From Trichormus sp. ATA11-4-KO1 (lineage in GTDB: Bacteria > Cyanobacteriota > Cyanobacteriia > Cyanobacteriales > Nostocaceae), in the NCBI GenBank assembly GCA_019358915.1, contig JAHHIM010000023.1:12317-76316 (forward strand): DNA of 64,000 nucleotides, in the 5' to 3' direction. This document shows, one piece after another, positions 31,191 through 41,085 of the stretch. Made by a program: the position numbers and the translations under genes. How positions within the stretch are numbered: position 1 is the first letter of the stretch; every line of letters begins with the position of its first letter. The notes under the pieces are model-generated. The model worked only from the letters and a program-made list of their open reading frames with translations, was not told the DNA's origin and did not search any database.

Positions 31191-31981
31191 GCTTTTTTTG
31201 CGCTCCTGACCTCAGCTGAATCTTTAATAGGTAGATGCTTGATCTGCTCTTTTAAAAAGCGAATTTCCGCATCTTTGAGTGAACGATAGTTACCCTCACA
31301 TAAAAGGGGTAATTTTGGCATTTGTAATTGAATTCGACCTATAGCAGTACGATGTAGCTTGATGACTGGGTACCCCAACTGTTGGGCTACACGGCGAATC
31401 TGTCGATTTCTTCCCTCCTTCAAAACTATTTCTAAACGGCTGGTTTTAGCAAGACTTTCTAGTAAGCGTACTTTAGCCGGACGTGTTTTTCTTCCCTCCA
31501 GTACCACACCTTGACGCCACCTTTCTAGAACTGCTTCAGAGGGATGTCCTTTTACCAAAACCTGATAAGTCTTAGGAATACTGTGACGTGGATGGGTAAG
31601 TCCAAATGTTAGGTCTCCATCGTTTGTCAGGATTAATGCTCCCGTTGACTCTACATCTAGACGGCCTACTGGGTGTAGACCTGAACCCTCGCGTAATTCT
31701 TGAGGTAGTAAATCCAAAACCGTTTTTCTTCCCTGAGGGTCATAGCAAGTGGAAACTACTCCAAGTGGTTTGTGTAGCAAAAGATATATTAAATGCGGCC
31801 GCTGATGAGCAGACACTGGCTTGCCATCTACTGAAATCCTATCTCTTTGAGGGTCAACTTTTTGACCTAAGTGCGCCAATACCCCATTAATTTGCACACG
31901 CGATCGCCGAATCATTTCTTCAGCTTCCCGACGTGAGGCAATACCCCACTGGGCAAGAATTTTTTGTAACCGTACCTCCAT
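31187..31981 (-). CDS. rRNA pseudouridine synthase (RsuA/RluB family)
   Basis: RLQKILAQWGIASRR S4 domain; VGRLDVESTGALILTNDG; EGRNRQIRR. Confidence 0.93.
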   Translation of the reverse strand: MEVRLQKILAQWGIASRREAEEMIRRSRVQINGVLAHLGQKVDPQRDRISVDGKPVSAHQRPHLIYLLLHKPLGVVSTCYDPQGRKTVLDLLPQELREGSGLHPVGRLDVESTGALILTNDGDLTFGLTHPRHSIPKTYQVLVKGHPSEAVLERWRQGVVLEGRKTRPAKVRLLESLAKTSRLEIVLKEGRNRQIRRVAQQLGYPVIKLHRTAIGRIQLQMPKLPLLCEGNYRSLKDAEIRFLKEQIKHLPIKDSAEVRSAKKA

Positions 31982-32124
31982 GTTGAAATTACTGAGTATG
32001 ATGTGAAAGTTTAGATAATAATCATAATATTTGCATTTTGTGCCCAGTAGCCATAAATGTTACATTTAAGGCTTATTTAAATTCAGTCAGTTGCTGAGTA
32101 AATACCCATCAACAGAGTGGTTAA

Positions 32125-32838
32125 ATGCCGGACAAAAATTCCCCAACCAAAAGCTCACATAAGCTCCGCATAATTACAAATGTACTCACAACAGCACTCA
32201 AACTCTGGTTGAAATCACAAGTCAGCCAAGTATCCCAGCTAGAGGTAGAGATAAGAGCGAGCGATCGCCAAATTCTCTCTGGTTGTATTCCCTGGGTATC
32301 TATTTTTGCGAGTGACGCCGTGTATCAAGGTATTCATATTACACGAATTCAACTTTTAGCAGAAAATATTCAGGTCAATGTAGGCTCAATAATCAAGGGT
32401 CAACCACTAAGACTATTAGAAACAGTACCAGTTAGTGGTAGTTTGGTGGTCGAGGAAAAGGATCTTAATAGCTCCCTCTCATCTGAACTATTATCAACTG
32501 CTTTAAATGATGTACTGGTTAAACTTATACCAGAATACTACCCTAAATCTCAGCCAATTTCTTGGCAAAAAATTATCCTTGGTAATCATCAAATTATACT
32601 TTATGCTAGCCTAGCCCAGGCAAGTAAAACTACGCCTCTGGAGATTTATTTAAGTTTAGAGTTAATTGGCACTCGTGAGTTGAAGTTAACACAGATTCAA
32701 GTTATCCAAAACCAAGTAGCGCTTTTAGAAAATGAGCATGGTTATAATTTGGATCTCGGTTCAGATGTCGACCTGCAAGCACTCAGCTTGATCCCCGGTC
32801 AACTGGTGTGTCAAGGACGGATTAATGTTAATCCTTGA
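32125..32838 (+). CDS. DUF2993 (LmeA-like) protein
   Basis: LKLWLKSQVSQVSQLEVEI...AVYQG...GQPLRLLE. Confidence 0.75.
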   Translation: MPDKNSPTKSSHKLRIITNVLTTALKLWLKSQVSQVSQLEVEIRASDRQILSGCIPWVSIFASDAVYQGIHITRIQLLAENIQVNVGSIIKGQPLRLLETVPVSGSLVVEEKDLNSSLSSELLSTALNDVLVKLIPEYYPKSQPISWQKIILGNHQIILYASLAQASKTTPLEIYLSLELIGTRELKLTQIQVIQNQVALLENEHGYNLDLGSDVDLQALSLIPGQLVCQGRINVNP

Positions 32839-32865
32839 AAAAGTGCTTTTGTGAGTGCCTTTGTA

Positions 32866-32990
32866 AGTGCTGAGTGCTGAGTGCGCTGGCCCTGAGCGAA
32901 GTCGAAGGGGAGTGCTGAGTGGGGAGATGAGGAAGTATTTTTGTTCTTGTCCCCATTCCCTATTACCTATTTCCCATTCCCCATTCCCCA
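32866..32990. repeat. TGAGTGC array with embedded small dispersed repeat, plus CCCCATT STRR array
   Basis: 32870-32921 is the reverse complement of 13008-13059; cccattccccattcccca at 32950-32990. Confidence 0.8.
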
Positions 32991-32994
32991 TTTT

Positions 32995-33885
32995 TCACAT
33001 ATCTGCTATCAGTGGCAATAGAAGTGTGACAAAATAATAAACCAAGGGAGCTGTAAAGATATAACTATCGGTGCGGTCTAAGATACCACCGTGACCGGGG
33101 ATCAACTGGCCTGAGTCCTTCACACCTGCGTCACGCTTGAGCATAGACTCGGTGAGATCACCTAAAAGACTGGCAATCCCAATCAGCGAACCTAATGCTA
33201 CACCAGTGAAAAGAAATTTCGGCAAGTGAAGATAATAAGCTCCTAATACAGCTACGGCAATACTAGCAGTGATCCCAAAGACTGCGCCTTCCACAGTTTT
33301 TTTGGGGCTGATCTCAGACAAACGGGTTTTCCCAAAGAATTTGCCAATAATGTAAGCACCGATATCAGCAGCCCAAATACATAAGAAAGTCAGCACTGTC
33401 AAGGTTAATCCTTGTGGTAAAAAGGCAAAACTTTTCTCTTGCAAAATATCTGTCCAGGTTGTAGGCCAGTAACCACCGAAAGGAAGATTGCTGACAGCTA
33501 AACTACCGAGATTGCGTAACCGCACCCAGTAACTTGACAAGTAACCCACATAAAATAACCCCATAATAGAAGCGGAAATATCCGCAATGGTTGCCATTTT
33601 CGGCTGAAACAGCAAATAAAAACAAATAAATGTCCCCGCTATTGGCATCACCGCATCAGCTAAACTGCCATCAACCGTACAAATTACCAGTAAAGTTTGA
33701 CTGACAAACATAGTAGTTTTCGCCGCCGGGACTATACCTCTAGCTCGTACCAAATTAAAATATTCTTGTTGACCTAAAAACACAACTACCGCAATGGCGA
33801 TGGTAAAGTACCAGCCTCCTAAAAGAGTGGCAACCAAAGTCAGAGCGATCGCTACAATTCCACTAATAATCCGAGACCAAGGCAT
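32995..33885 (-). CDS. cdsA: Phosphatidate cytidylyltransferase
   Basis: ISPKKTVEG, GDLTESMLKRDAGVKDSG..IPGHGGILDRTDS; start MPWSRIISG. Confidence 0.95.
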   Translation of the reverse strand: MPWSRIISGIVAIALTLVATLLGGWYFTIAIAVVVFLGQQEYFNLVRARGIVPAAKTTMFVSQTLLVICTVDGSLADAVMPIAGTFICFYLLFQPKMATIADISASIMGLFYVGYLSSYWVRLRNLGSLAVSNLPFGGYWPTTWTDILQEKSFAFLPQGLTLTVLTFLCIWAADIGAYIIGKFFGKTRLSEISPKKTVEGAVFGITASIAVAVLGAYYLHLPKFLFTGVALGSLIGIASLLGDLTESMLKRDAGVKDSGQLIPGHGGILDRTDSYIFTAPLVYYFVTLLLPLIADM

Positions 33886-33929
33886 AGATATATTTTGAAT
33901 TAGGTGTTGGGGAACTCGAGGCCCTCTCT

Positions 33930-34220
33930 GGGTACAAGGGGACAAGGGGACAAGGGGATAGGGGGACAAGGGGAGGGAGCAATGCTCTAACAGTGAGATG
34001 GGTAAGCTCTTGAGGCTCTTGAGGCTCTTGAGGCAGGGGGAGAGAAAGAAATAAGTGTATAAGCAATCCGTTTAGGTAGTAAAAAGTACTAAAAATGTCT
34101 CTTTACTCCCCCTGCATCCCCTGCACCCCCTGCCCCCCTGCCTATTTCACGAGGATCTCACTTTTTCGCGTTGCTCCCCATCTCCCCATCTCCCCATCTC
34201 CCCATCTCCCCACTCCCCTA
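33930..34220. repeat. Intergenic cluster of short tandem repeats (GGGACAA, GCTCTTGAG, CCCCTGCA, CCCCATCT)
   Basis: Directly visible tandem 7-, 8- and 9-mers. Confidence 0.8.
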
Positions 34221-34221
34221 T

Positions 34222-34824
34222 TTAGTCTAGTTTCTCACCACTCAGGATAAAAATGGGATCGACGGCGGCAAAGGTTTGAGAAAAGCCGCGCGTCTCTAGG
34301 CGATTGACCGCAGACTGCACGACTTCAATATTTCTAGCTTGTAACACAGAGAAGCTCTGGGAAATAGCATACAGGCTTTCTAGATTATTGGCAGTGGCAA
34401 CAACTCTGCCTAATGGTGGCAAATACTGCCATATTGCTTGCAAAATGTCCTGAATGGGTCGTCCACCCTCAATGCAAACGCGGTGAGGTGCTACCTTGAT
34501 CTCATGCAAACACTCTGGGGCGCTACCTGCAATTACTTCCACATTTTTGACATCAAAGCGATCGCAGTTACGCTGAATTAAGTTGGCTACTTCTTCATCC
34601 CGTTCCACAGCGATAATCTTTCCTTGAGGACACAGTAGTCCTACCTCTACAGGAATTGTCCCCGTCCCCGCCCCAATATCCCACAACACTGAATCAGGTT
34701 TCAGCCGCAGTTGGGACATCAACAACAGCCGCACTTCTCGCTGGCTGAAGGGAATTCCTGGTAAATGCTCAAAAAATTCATCGGGAATTCCAGGGGTAAT
34801 GTAAGGCCAAAGTTGGGAGGGCAT
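34222..34824 (-). CDS. cbiT: Precorrin-6Y C5,15-methyltransferase subunit CbiT
   Basis: PGIPDE.F, REVR, LWDIGAGTG. Confidence 0.9.
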   Translation of the reverse strand: MPSQLWPYITPGIPDEFFEHLPGIPFSQREVRLLLMSQLRLKPDSVLWDIGAGTGTIPVEVGLLCPQGKIIAVERDEEVANLIQRNCDRFDVKNVEVIAGSAPECLHEIKVAPHRVCIEGGRPIQDILQAIWQYLPPLGRVVATANNLESLYAISQSFSVLQARNIEVVQSAVNRLETRGFSQTFAAVDPIFILSGEKLD

Positions 34825-34922
34825 AGAAAGACACAATTATACTAAAGGTATCAACTTGCCCGATTGGACAAGCCATAAGCTATAAAAGCTTTTAAACATA
34901 CATAGCGTTATCAGCAATCATA

Positions 34923-36326
34923 ATGGTCAGCGAAATTTTAGGCGACCGCTACGAAGTTCAGCAGTTGTTGGGAAAAAAGTCAGGACGGCGGACGCTATTA
35001 GCTAGGGATCAAATAACTGGGGAATTAGTTGTGATCAAGTTACTTACTTTTGGTAGTGACTTTGAATGGGATGATCTCAAGCTATTTGAGCGTGAAGCCG
35101 AAACCTTAAAATCTTTATCTCATCCCGCTATCCCTCGCTATTTAGACTATTTTGAAGTAAATTCACCCCTTGTCAAAGGATTCGCCTTAGTACAGAGTTA
35201 TATCCCAGCACAAACTTTAGAAAAATACTTGCAAGCTGGGCGAACTTTTACAGAAGCTGAAGTTAAACAGTTAGCCACGGCGCTTTTAGAAATACTGATT
35301 TACCTACATGGGTTGCATCCGCCTGTGATCCACCGTGATATTAAGCCTAGCAATATTTTATTGGGCGAGCGTTCTGGGAATAGTGTTGGACAAGTTTACC
35401 TAGTAGATTTTGGTTCGGTACAAACTGTCCTCGCAGCTGAAAGCAGTACTAGGACTGTGGTGGGAACCTATGGTTATATGCCACCAGAGCAATTTGGTGG
35501 GCGGACTGTCCCGGCTTCTGACCTTTATAGTTTAGGCGCAACTTTAATTTACTTGGTGACGGGTACTCATCCTGCCGATTTACCCCAACAGGATTTTCGC
35601 ATTCAGTTTGAGTCAGCAACTGATCTTAGTCCTGGTTTGACTCGCTGGTTGCAGTGGCTCACTGAACCAAGTGTGGAACGGCGGCCAAGTTCTGCTGTGG
35701 AAGCTTTGAAAGCTTTAGATCAGCCACAGTTGACTAGAGCTAATACTTTGACTATTGGTAAATATACTGGTAAACCTGCTGGGAGTAAAATTCAACTCAC
35801 CAAAAATGACGACCTTCTAGAAATTCTGATTCCGCCAGTTGGGTTTAAGCCTTCGATGATGTTTACAGGTGTGTTTGCGATCGCCTGGAATTCTTTTATC
35901 TTATTTTGGACAATTGGTGCTCTTTCTGCCCCGTTTCCCCTCAATCTCCCCTTTGCTTTGTTCTCACTGCCTTTTTGGGGTGTGGGCTTTTTTATGATAT
36001 CTACGTTGTTAATGGGTTTATTTGGCAACATCAGGCTGCGTGTGGATCAGCAGCGAATTGCCTTTACCTATGAGTTATGGAGATGGAAATTTCATCGTCC
36101 CCGGCCAGCTCCCAGAGAAAGTATCACTAAACTCATTTATATTCCCAAACACTTTACTAGAGACTCTGATGGTGATAAAACCTCAGTGCCTACACAATTG
36201 GATATTTGGGCAGGAGTACATAAGTACCAACTTAGTGCTAACTCTAGTGCTATCCCATCTGAAACGGAACTGGAATGGCTAGCCCATGAATTAAGTGATT
36301 GGTTAGGTATAGAAATAACGCAATAA
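34923..36326 (+). CDS. Hanks-type Ser/Thr protein kinase with C-terminal membrane domain
   Basis: HRDIKPSN, DFG, GTYGYMPPEQ, two TM helices. Confidence 0.93.
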   Translation: MVSEILGDRYEVQQLLGKKSGRRTLLARDQITGELVVIKLLTFGSDFEWDDLKLFEREAETLKSLSHPAIPRYLDYFEVNSPLVKGFALVQSYIPAQTLEKYLQAGRTFTEAEVKQLATALLEILIYLHGLHPPVIHRDIKPSNILLGERSGNSVGQVYLVDFGSVQTVLAAESSTRTVVGTYGYMPPEQFGGRTVPASDLYSLGATLIYLVTGTHPADLPQQDFRIQFESATDLSPGLTRWLQWLTEPSVERRPSSAVEALKALDQPQLTRANTLTIGKYTGKPAGSKIQLTKNDDLLEILIPPVGFKPSMMFTGVFAIAWNSFILFWTIGALSAPFPLNLPFALFSLPFWGVGFFMISTLLMGLFGNIRLRVDQQRIAFTYELWRWKFHRPRPAPRESITKLIYIPKHFTRDSDGDKTSVPTQLDIWAGVHKYQLSANSSAIPSETELEWLAHELSDWLGIEITQ

Positions 36327-36378
36327 GTAGTCTTTTAATGTCTATAGTTAATTAAGAACCCTTTACAGGAAAGACATC

Positions 36379-36552
36379 ATGTTTGGACTGGGATGGCCGG
36401 AAGTTGCCATAATTGCCATAGTCGCTATTGTAATTTTTGGACCGAAAAAAATTCCTGAGTTGGGAAATGCACTGGGTAAAACCCTACGGGGTTTTAAGGA
36501 GGAATTGAACGCTACTGATGATGACACCAATTCTGAACAAGAACAGCAATAG
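36379..36552 (+). CDS. tatA: Twin-arginine translocase TatA/TatE (57 aa, not in ORF track)
   Basis: Manual translation MFGLGWPEVAIIAIVAIVIFGPKKIPELGNALGKTLRGFKEE...; AGGA upstream. Confidence 0.93.
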   Translation: MFGLGWPEVAIIAIVAIVIFGPKKIPELGNALGKTLRGFKEELNATDDDTNSEQEQQ

Positions 36553-36557
36553 TTCGC

Positions 36558-36586
36558 AGTAGAGACGAATTCATCGCGTCTCTACT
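36558..36586. terminator. GTAG-type palindrome / bidirectional terminator between tatA and cphA
   Basis: agtagagacg...cgtctctact. Confidence 0.6.
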
Positions 36587-36592
36587 AGGTTG

Positions 36593-39295
36593 CTAAAGTA
36601 AAGTATTAATAACAGAAGATGTCACCCCATTTTGGGTATCTGCGATTGTCGTGGAGGTATTTTGTTGCTGTACCTCCTCTTTCACTAAACCGCGTACTTT
36701 GATTAACTTGATAGCGCGGTTGACGCTTTCTGGCAAAATTACCACCAGACTATTATCAGGAGCCATGTCTAAAGCTTTATTGATAGCTTCGGTTTCATCC
36801 AAAATTGACTCATAGCGACAATCTGGATTTACTTGGGTAATACCTTTTGTAATTAAATCAGCAGCTGATCCCCGTGGGCGACCCCTGGTGTCATCGTCTT
36901 CTTTAACAATGATGTAATCAAAAATCTCGGCTGATAGTTTACCCAAGCTGACAAAGTCTTCGTCGCGGCGATCGCCAGGCCCACCAATTACGCCAATGCG
37001 CTCTCCTGTAGTCCAGTTACGCACAAATGAACCTAACGCTTCATAACTAGCTGGATTGTGAGCATAATCTACTAAAGCTTGGTAGTTCCCTAAATTAAAT
37101 AAATTCATCCGCCCTGGTGTTTGACTCACGGAAGCACGAAACGTCTTTAAACCAGCACGAATTTGCTCAATTGTCACGTTTTGCACGAAGGCTGCCAAAC
37201 TAGCTGCTAAAGCATTAGCAATCATAAACGGTGCCCGTCCACCCATTGTCAAGGGAATATTTTCGGCTCTTTCAATGCGATGCGTCCAATCACCTTTGAC
37301 AATTGACAGATAGCCATTTTCGTAAACTGCTGCGACTCCTCCTTTTTGGATGTGCTTCCGCACTAATTCCGAGTCGGGATTCATTGTAAAGTAAGCAATG
37401 TTAGCTTTCGTTCTCTCTGACATGGCAGCAACGCGGTGATCGTCAGCGTTAAGTACTGCGTAGCCATCAGGAAATACAGCTTCAGCCACTACACTCTTGA
37501 GGTTAGCCAACTGATCGATGGTATCGATATCACCTATGCCTAGATGATCGGCGGCCACATTCAATACTACACCCACGTTAGCCATTTCAAACCCTAGCCC
37601 AGAGCGGAGAATACCTCCACGAGCAGTTTCCAGTACCGCTACTTCTACAGTCGGATCTTCCAGAATCAAATGGGCACTTTGTGGGCCTGTATTATCTCCA
37701 GATTCCACTAAGTATTCACCGATGTAAGTTCCATCTGTAGTTGTATAACCTACTACTTTACCCGTTTGTTTGTAAATATGTGCTAACAGTCTAGTAGTCG
37801 TAGTTTTACCATTAGTACCCGTGACACTCAAGATGGGAATGCGGCTAGATTGTTCGTTGGGGAATAACATATCCATCACTGCGCCGGCGACGTTGCGGGG
37901 TATGCCTTGGCTGGGGGCGACGTGCATCCGGAAACCTGGTGCAGCGTTAACTTCCACGATCACACCATCTACTTCTCTCAGAGGACGACTAATATCCGTA
38001 GTCACAATATCTAGTCCAGCGACATCCAAACCAATAGTTTTTACTACTCTTTGTGCCAGCCAAACATTTTCTGGGTGGATTTCGTCGGTGCGATCTACGG
38101 CACTACCGCCTGTACTTAAGTTAGCGGTTGCCCGTAGGTAGCAAATTGTGCCTTTGGGTGGTATGCTATTTAACGTGTAACCTTGCCTTTCAAGAAGTTG
38201 ATAGCTATTGCGATCTAGTTCAATTTTGGTGAGGATATTATCATGCCCTTCACCGCGATTTGGGTCTTTGTTGGTTTCCTCAATTAAATCGGCAATAGTA
38301 GATCTACCATCACCAACCACATGAGCTGGCACACGTTCAGCTACTGCTACTACTTTGCCGTCTACAACTAGTACCCTATGGTCTCGTCCGACGTAATAGC
38401 GCTCGACAATGATTGAGCGGGAAACTTGTCTAGCTGCTTCGTAGGCGGTCTCAGCTTCATCCCAGTTTCTGATGTCGATGGTAATACCACGTCCATGATT
38501 GCCATCTAATGGTTTAATGACAATGGGATAGCCACCAACATATTCAATGGCTTCTTCTAAATCGTCCAAGAAGTTAATCACCGTACCTCGGGGTACTGGT
38601 GCTCCAGCTGCCGCGAGAATGCGCTTAGTAGCTTCCTTATCGCAAGCTAGTTCCACCCCTAGAATGCCGGTGTGATTGGTCATGGTTGCCTGCATCCGCT
38701 TCTGGTTGACGCCATAGCCCAGCTGAATCAAAAACCGCGCACTCAACTGCATCCAGGGAATGCCTCTTTTTTCAGCTTCTTTGACAATTGCTTCTGTCGA
38801 AGGGCCTAAAGAAGATTCACGCCATAAGTCTTTCAGGTCTTGGATGTCTTGCTCGAGTTCTGCCTTGGGATAACGACCTCTATCAACGATGCTTTGGCAC
38901 AGCCGCACAGCTGCTCGTCCAGCGTAGCGTCCCGCTTCCTCATTCAGGTACTCGATTACTACCTGGAAAATTCCGGGTGTGGCAGTTTCACGGGTGCGCC
39001 CAAAGCCTACATGCATTCCAGCTAATTCCTGGAGTTCTAAGGCTACGTGTTCTACGATATGGCCCATCATAGTGCCTTCTCGCACTCGCATCAGAAAGCC
39101 ACCACGACAGCCAGGCGAGCAATAGTGACCCTCCAGACTTGGCAGCGCCTCTACTAACCCTTCATAAAAGCCAGGGATTTCATTCGAGGTCGTCTCGGCA
39201 AGGTTTTCTAAATCGAGGCGCATGACGATCAGCTTGTGGCGTCGAATGCTCCAGTAGTTTGGGCCGCGTAAGGTCTGGATCTTGAGGATTCTCAT
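36593..39295 (-). CDS. cphA: Cyanophycin synthetase
   Basis: MRILKIQTLRGPNYWS, ATP-grasp KPLDGNHGRG, Mur-ligase TGTNGKTT, DYAHNP. Confidence 0.98.
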   Translation of the reverse strand: MRILKIQTLRGPNYWSIRRHKLIVMRLDLENLAETTSNEIPGFYEGLVEALPSLEGHYCSPGCRGGFLMRVREGTMMGHIVEHVALELQELAGMHVGFGRTRETATPGIFQVVIEYLNEEAGRYAGRAAVRLCQSIVDRGRYPKAELEQDIQDLKDLWRESSLGPSTEAIVKEAEKRGIPWMQLSARFLIQLGYGVNQKRMQATMTNHTGILGVELACDKEATKRILAAAGAPVPRGTVINFLDDLEEAIEYVGGYPIVIKPLDGNHGRGITIDIRNWDEAETAYEAARQVSRSIIVERYYVGRDHRVLVVDGKVVAVAERVPAHVVGDGRSTIADLIEETNKDPNRGEGHDNILTKIELDRNSYQLLERQGYTLNSIPPKGTICYLRATANLSTGGSAVDRTDEIHPENVWLAQRVVKTIGLDVAGLDIVTTDISRPLREVDGVIVEVNAAPGFRMHVAPSQGIPRNVAGAVMDMLFPNEQSSRIPILSVTGTNGKTTTTRLLAHIYKQTGKVVGYTTTDGTYIGEYLVESGDNTGPQSAHLILEDPTVEVAVLETARGGILRSGLGFEMANVGVVLNVAADHLGIGDIDTIDQLANLKSVVAEAVFPDGYAVLNADDHRVAAMSERTKANIAYFTMNPDSELVRKHIQKGGVAAVYENGYLSIVKGDWTHRIERAENIPLTMGGRAPFMIANALAASLAAFVQNVTIEQIRAGLKTFRASVSQTPGRMNLFNLGNYQALVDYAHNPASYEALGSFVRNWTTGERIGVIGGPGDRRDEDFVSLGKLSAEIFDYIIVKEDDDTRGRPRGSAADLITKGITQVNPDCRYESILDETEAINKALDMAPDNSLVVILPESVNRAIKLIKVRGLVKEEVQQQNTSTTIADTQNGVTSSVINTLL

Positions 39296-39444
39296 GGGAA
39301 TAGGTAGATGGAGATTCGGAACCAAAATTCTAGTTTCTTACTGAAATTGACCGCTAAACTGTTTATTATGAACAGTTTTTTCTTTTTCTATGGTATTCTT
39401 CTGATTTTTCTACAGCAAGAAATAAAGTCAGCGATCAACACAGT

Positions 39445-39458
39445 GTAACCTCGGATAC
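39445..39458 (-). promoter_or_regulatory. NtcA-type box upstream of cphA
   Basis: GTA-acctcgga-TAC, exact GTA-N8-TAC in the cphB-cphA spacer; no perfectly spaced -10 seen. Confidence 0.55.
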
Positions 39459-39467
39459 TCTATTCCG

Positions 39468-40331
39468 TCAGCTAGAGATGCGGTGTACAGCAGGCAATAC
39501 AGTACGCTGATACAGGTGGAAGCGATCGCCATAGCTGAGGATATGCAGTCGTAAATTATGCACAGTCAGAGGTTCATTAGCGCCGACATGAGGTTCATTG
39601 GTGTGGGTCACTTCTGTAGGATCGACAATGGTGACACTGCCTTTGCCTACAACTTGTAGCCAACCATCGCGTTCAAAAACAGCACAGGTATCTTCATCAA
39701 TGCCGATACCTAAACGGTCGGGATGAGCTGCGATCGCACTAATTAGGCGACCCATGCGATTACGATTGTGAAAGTGCTGGTCAACAATCACCTCAGGGAT
39801 AAAACCCAAACCCGTTGCCATATCGACCAAAGAACGATTGGGTGTCTCACCACTACCGCCGCCAGCAATCATATGATGCCCCATCACTGCTGCCCCCGCA
39901 CTGGTGCCTGCTAGGGTAAGTTGACCCGACCGCACTCGCTGCCGGATAATTTCCATTGCTGGCGTATCTGACAGTACACCACAGAGGCGTAATTGGTCTC
40001 CTCCCGTCAAAAAAACTCCACTACAGGCTTCTAAGGATGCTTTCACTTGGGGAGTTTCGCACTGTTCCCGTTCGCGGATGTCTAAAATTTCGACTTTTTC
40101 AGCACCCATTTCTTCAAAAATGCGAATATACCGACCACCGATGATAGCGGGTTCGCGAGAGGCTGATGGAATAATTGTAATATAGGCCTTACTCGCACCA
40201 GCACGACCAAAAAAAGTTCTGAGGATATCGCGTCCATGAACTTTATCTTCTGCGCCTCCGATGACCAGAACGGCGGTTTTAGTTGCTTGGGGTGTCCTCA
40301 TTTCCAGCGATTTAGCTTTTAATTGCGGCAT
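39468..40331 (-). CDS. cphB: Cyanophycinase
   Basis: IGGAEDK, TGGDQ, GTSAGA (Ser nucleophile), DQHF, GIDEDT; start MPQLKAK after AGGAG. Confidence 0.96.
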   Translation of the reverse strand: MPQLKAKSLEMRTPQATKTAVLVIGGAEDKVHGRDILRTFFGRAGASKAYITIIPSASREPAIIGGRYIRIFEEMGAEKVEILDIREREQCETPQVKASLEACSGVFLTGGDQLRLCGVLSDTPAMEIIRQRVRSGQLTLAGTSAGAAVMGHHMIAGGGSGETPNRSLVDMATGLGFIPEVIVDQHFHNRNRMGRLISAIAAHPDRLGIGIDEDTCAVFERDGWLQVVGKGSVTIVDPTEVTHTNEPHVGANEPLTVHNLRLHILSYGDRFHLYQRTVLPAVHRISS

Positions 40332-40357
40332 TATGTTTCTCCTGTCAACAACTTCAG

Positions 40358-40483
40358 GAGCCATCGCCTTGGACGGTGAGTGCAGCCACACGTGCGGCTT
40401 TGCCGCCGAGTGGACTGCCGTTCGCGTCAGCGTGCCGGAGGCATCACCCAAAGGGGTTCCCCGGCTTGTGGCGAATGGCATGT
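40358..40483. repeat. Nested GC-rich small dispersed repeats in the cphB leader
   Basis: Arms gccatcgcc (40360-40368) and ggcgaatggc (40470-40479) enclose further GC-rich units. Confidence 0.5.
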
Positions 40484-40975
40484 GAATTTAACAAGGTCAG
40501 TAGCCTGATGATTTTTGCACTTTGCTTTTTTTGGGAGGACACTTTTCTGAAGTTGGGAGCGGCGACAGCCACCATGCCATCTTCTCGCTGAATACACATG
40601 TTCCTCAAAATTCATGTGTCCATTGCTGTTCCTCAAAGCCAGCGCCTTGTTGTTCACCTGTCCACTTGTTCCAGACCAGCAAAATAATGCTTGGGAGACG
40701 AGGGAGAACACTTCTGTGAGAGGTTGATCCCGTTTTCGGCGGAACGCTTTCCCGCAGGTGAGAAAGTGTATGTTTCCCCTTTGGGATTGGGGGCGAGCAG
40801 GTTTTAACCTTGCCTTTGAGCGAAGCGAAGGGACGCTTTTTCTGAGGCTGGCTTGATGCATCCTGGAAGTTGTTAACTTGGTCAGATTATTAATTTAAAT
40901 GTAGTTGTGACAATATTTAAACACAAATTAAGTAATTAGAAAAACTTTTGATCCTACGAAAAATCAATAGTTCTG

Positions 40976-40989
40976 GTACTTTTAGACAC
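40976..40989 (-). promoter_or_regulatory. Imperfect NtcA box upstream of cphB
   Basis: Minus strand GTG-tctaaaag-TAC; TAGGAT 19 nt downstream (shorter than canonical spacing). Confidence 0.35.
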
Positions 40990-41085
40990 TATTGATTAAA
41001 CTTATCTGTAGTTCTATCCTACATTGACTGATTGTGTTTGCTAGACATTCATTCTTTAGATTAGTGTTCTCGAATACGAATTACT

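Noticed and set aside
32761..32991. 76-aa ORF
   Set aside because: Made of repeat translations (GNGEWEIGNREW).
40427..40861. 144-aa ORF upstream of cphB, and the 5' extension of cphB to 40481
   Set aside because: Runs through GC-rich repeat inserts and has no recognisable motif; better read as non-coding leader.
41008..41022. GTA...TAC palindrome upstream of cphB/trmD
   Set aside because: Spacer is 9 nt, not the 8 nt of an NtcA box.
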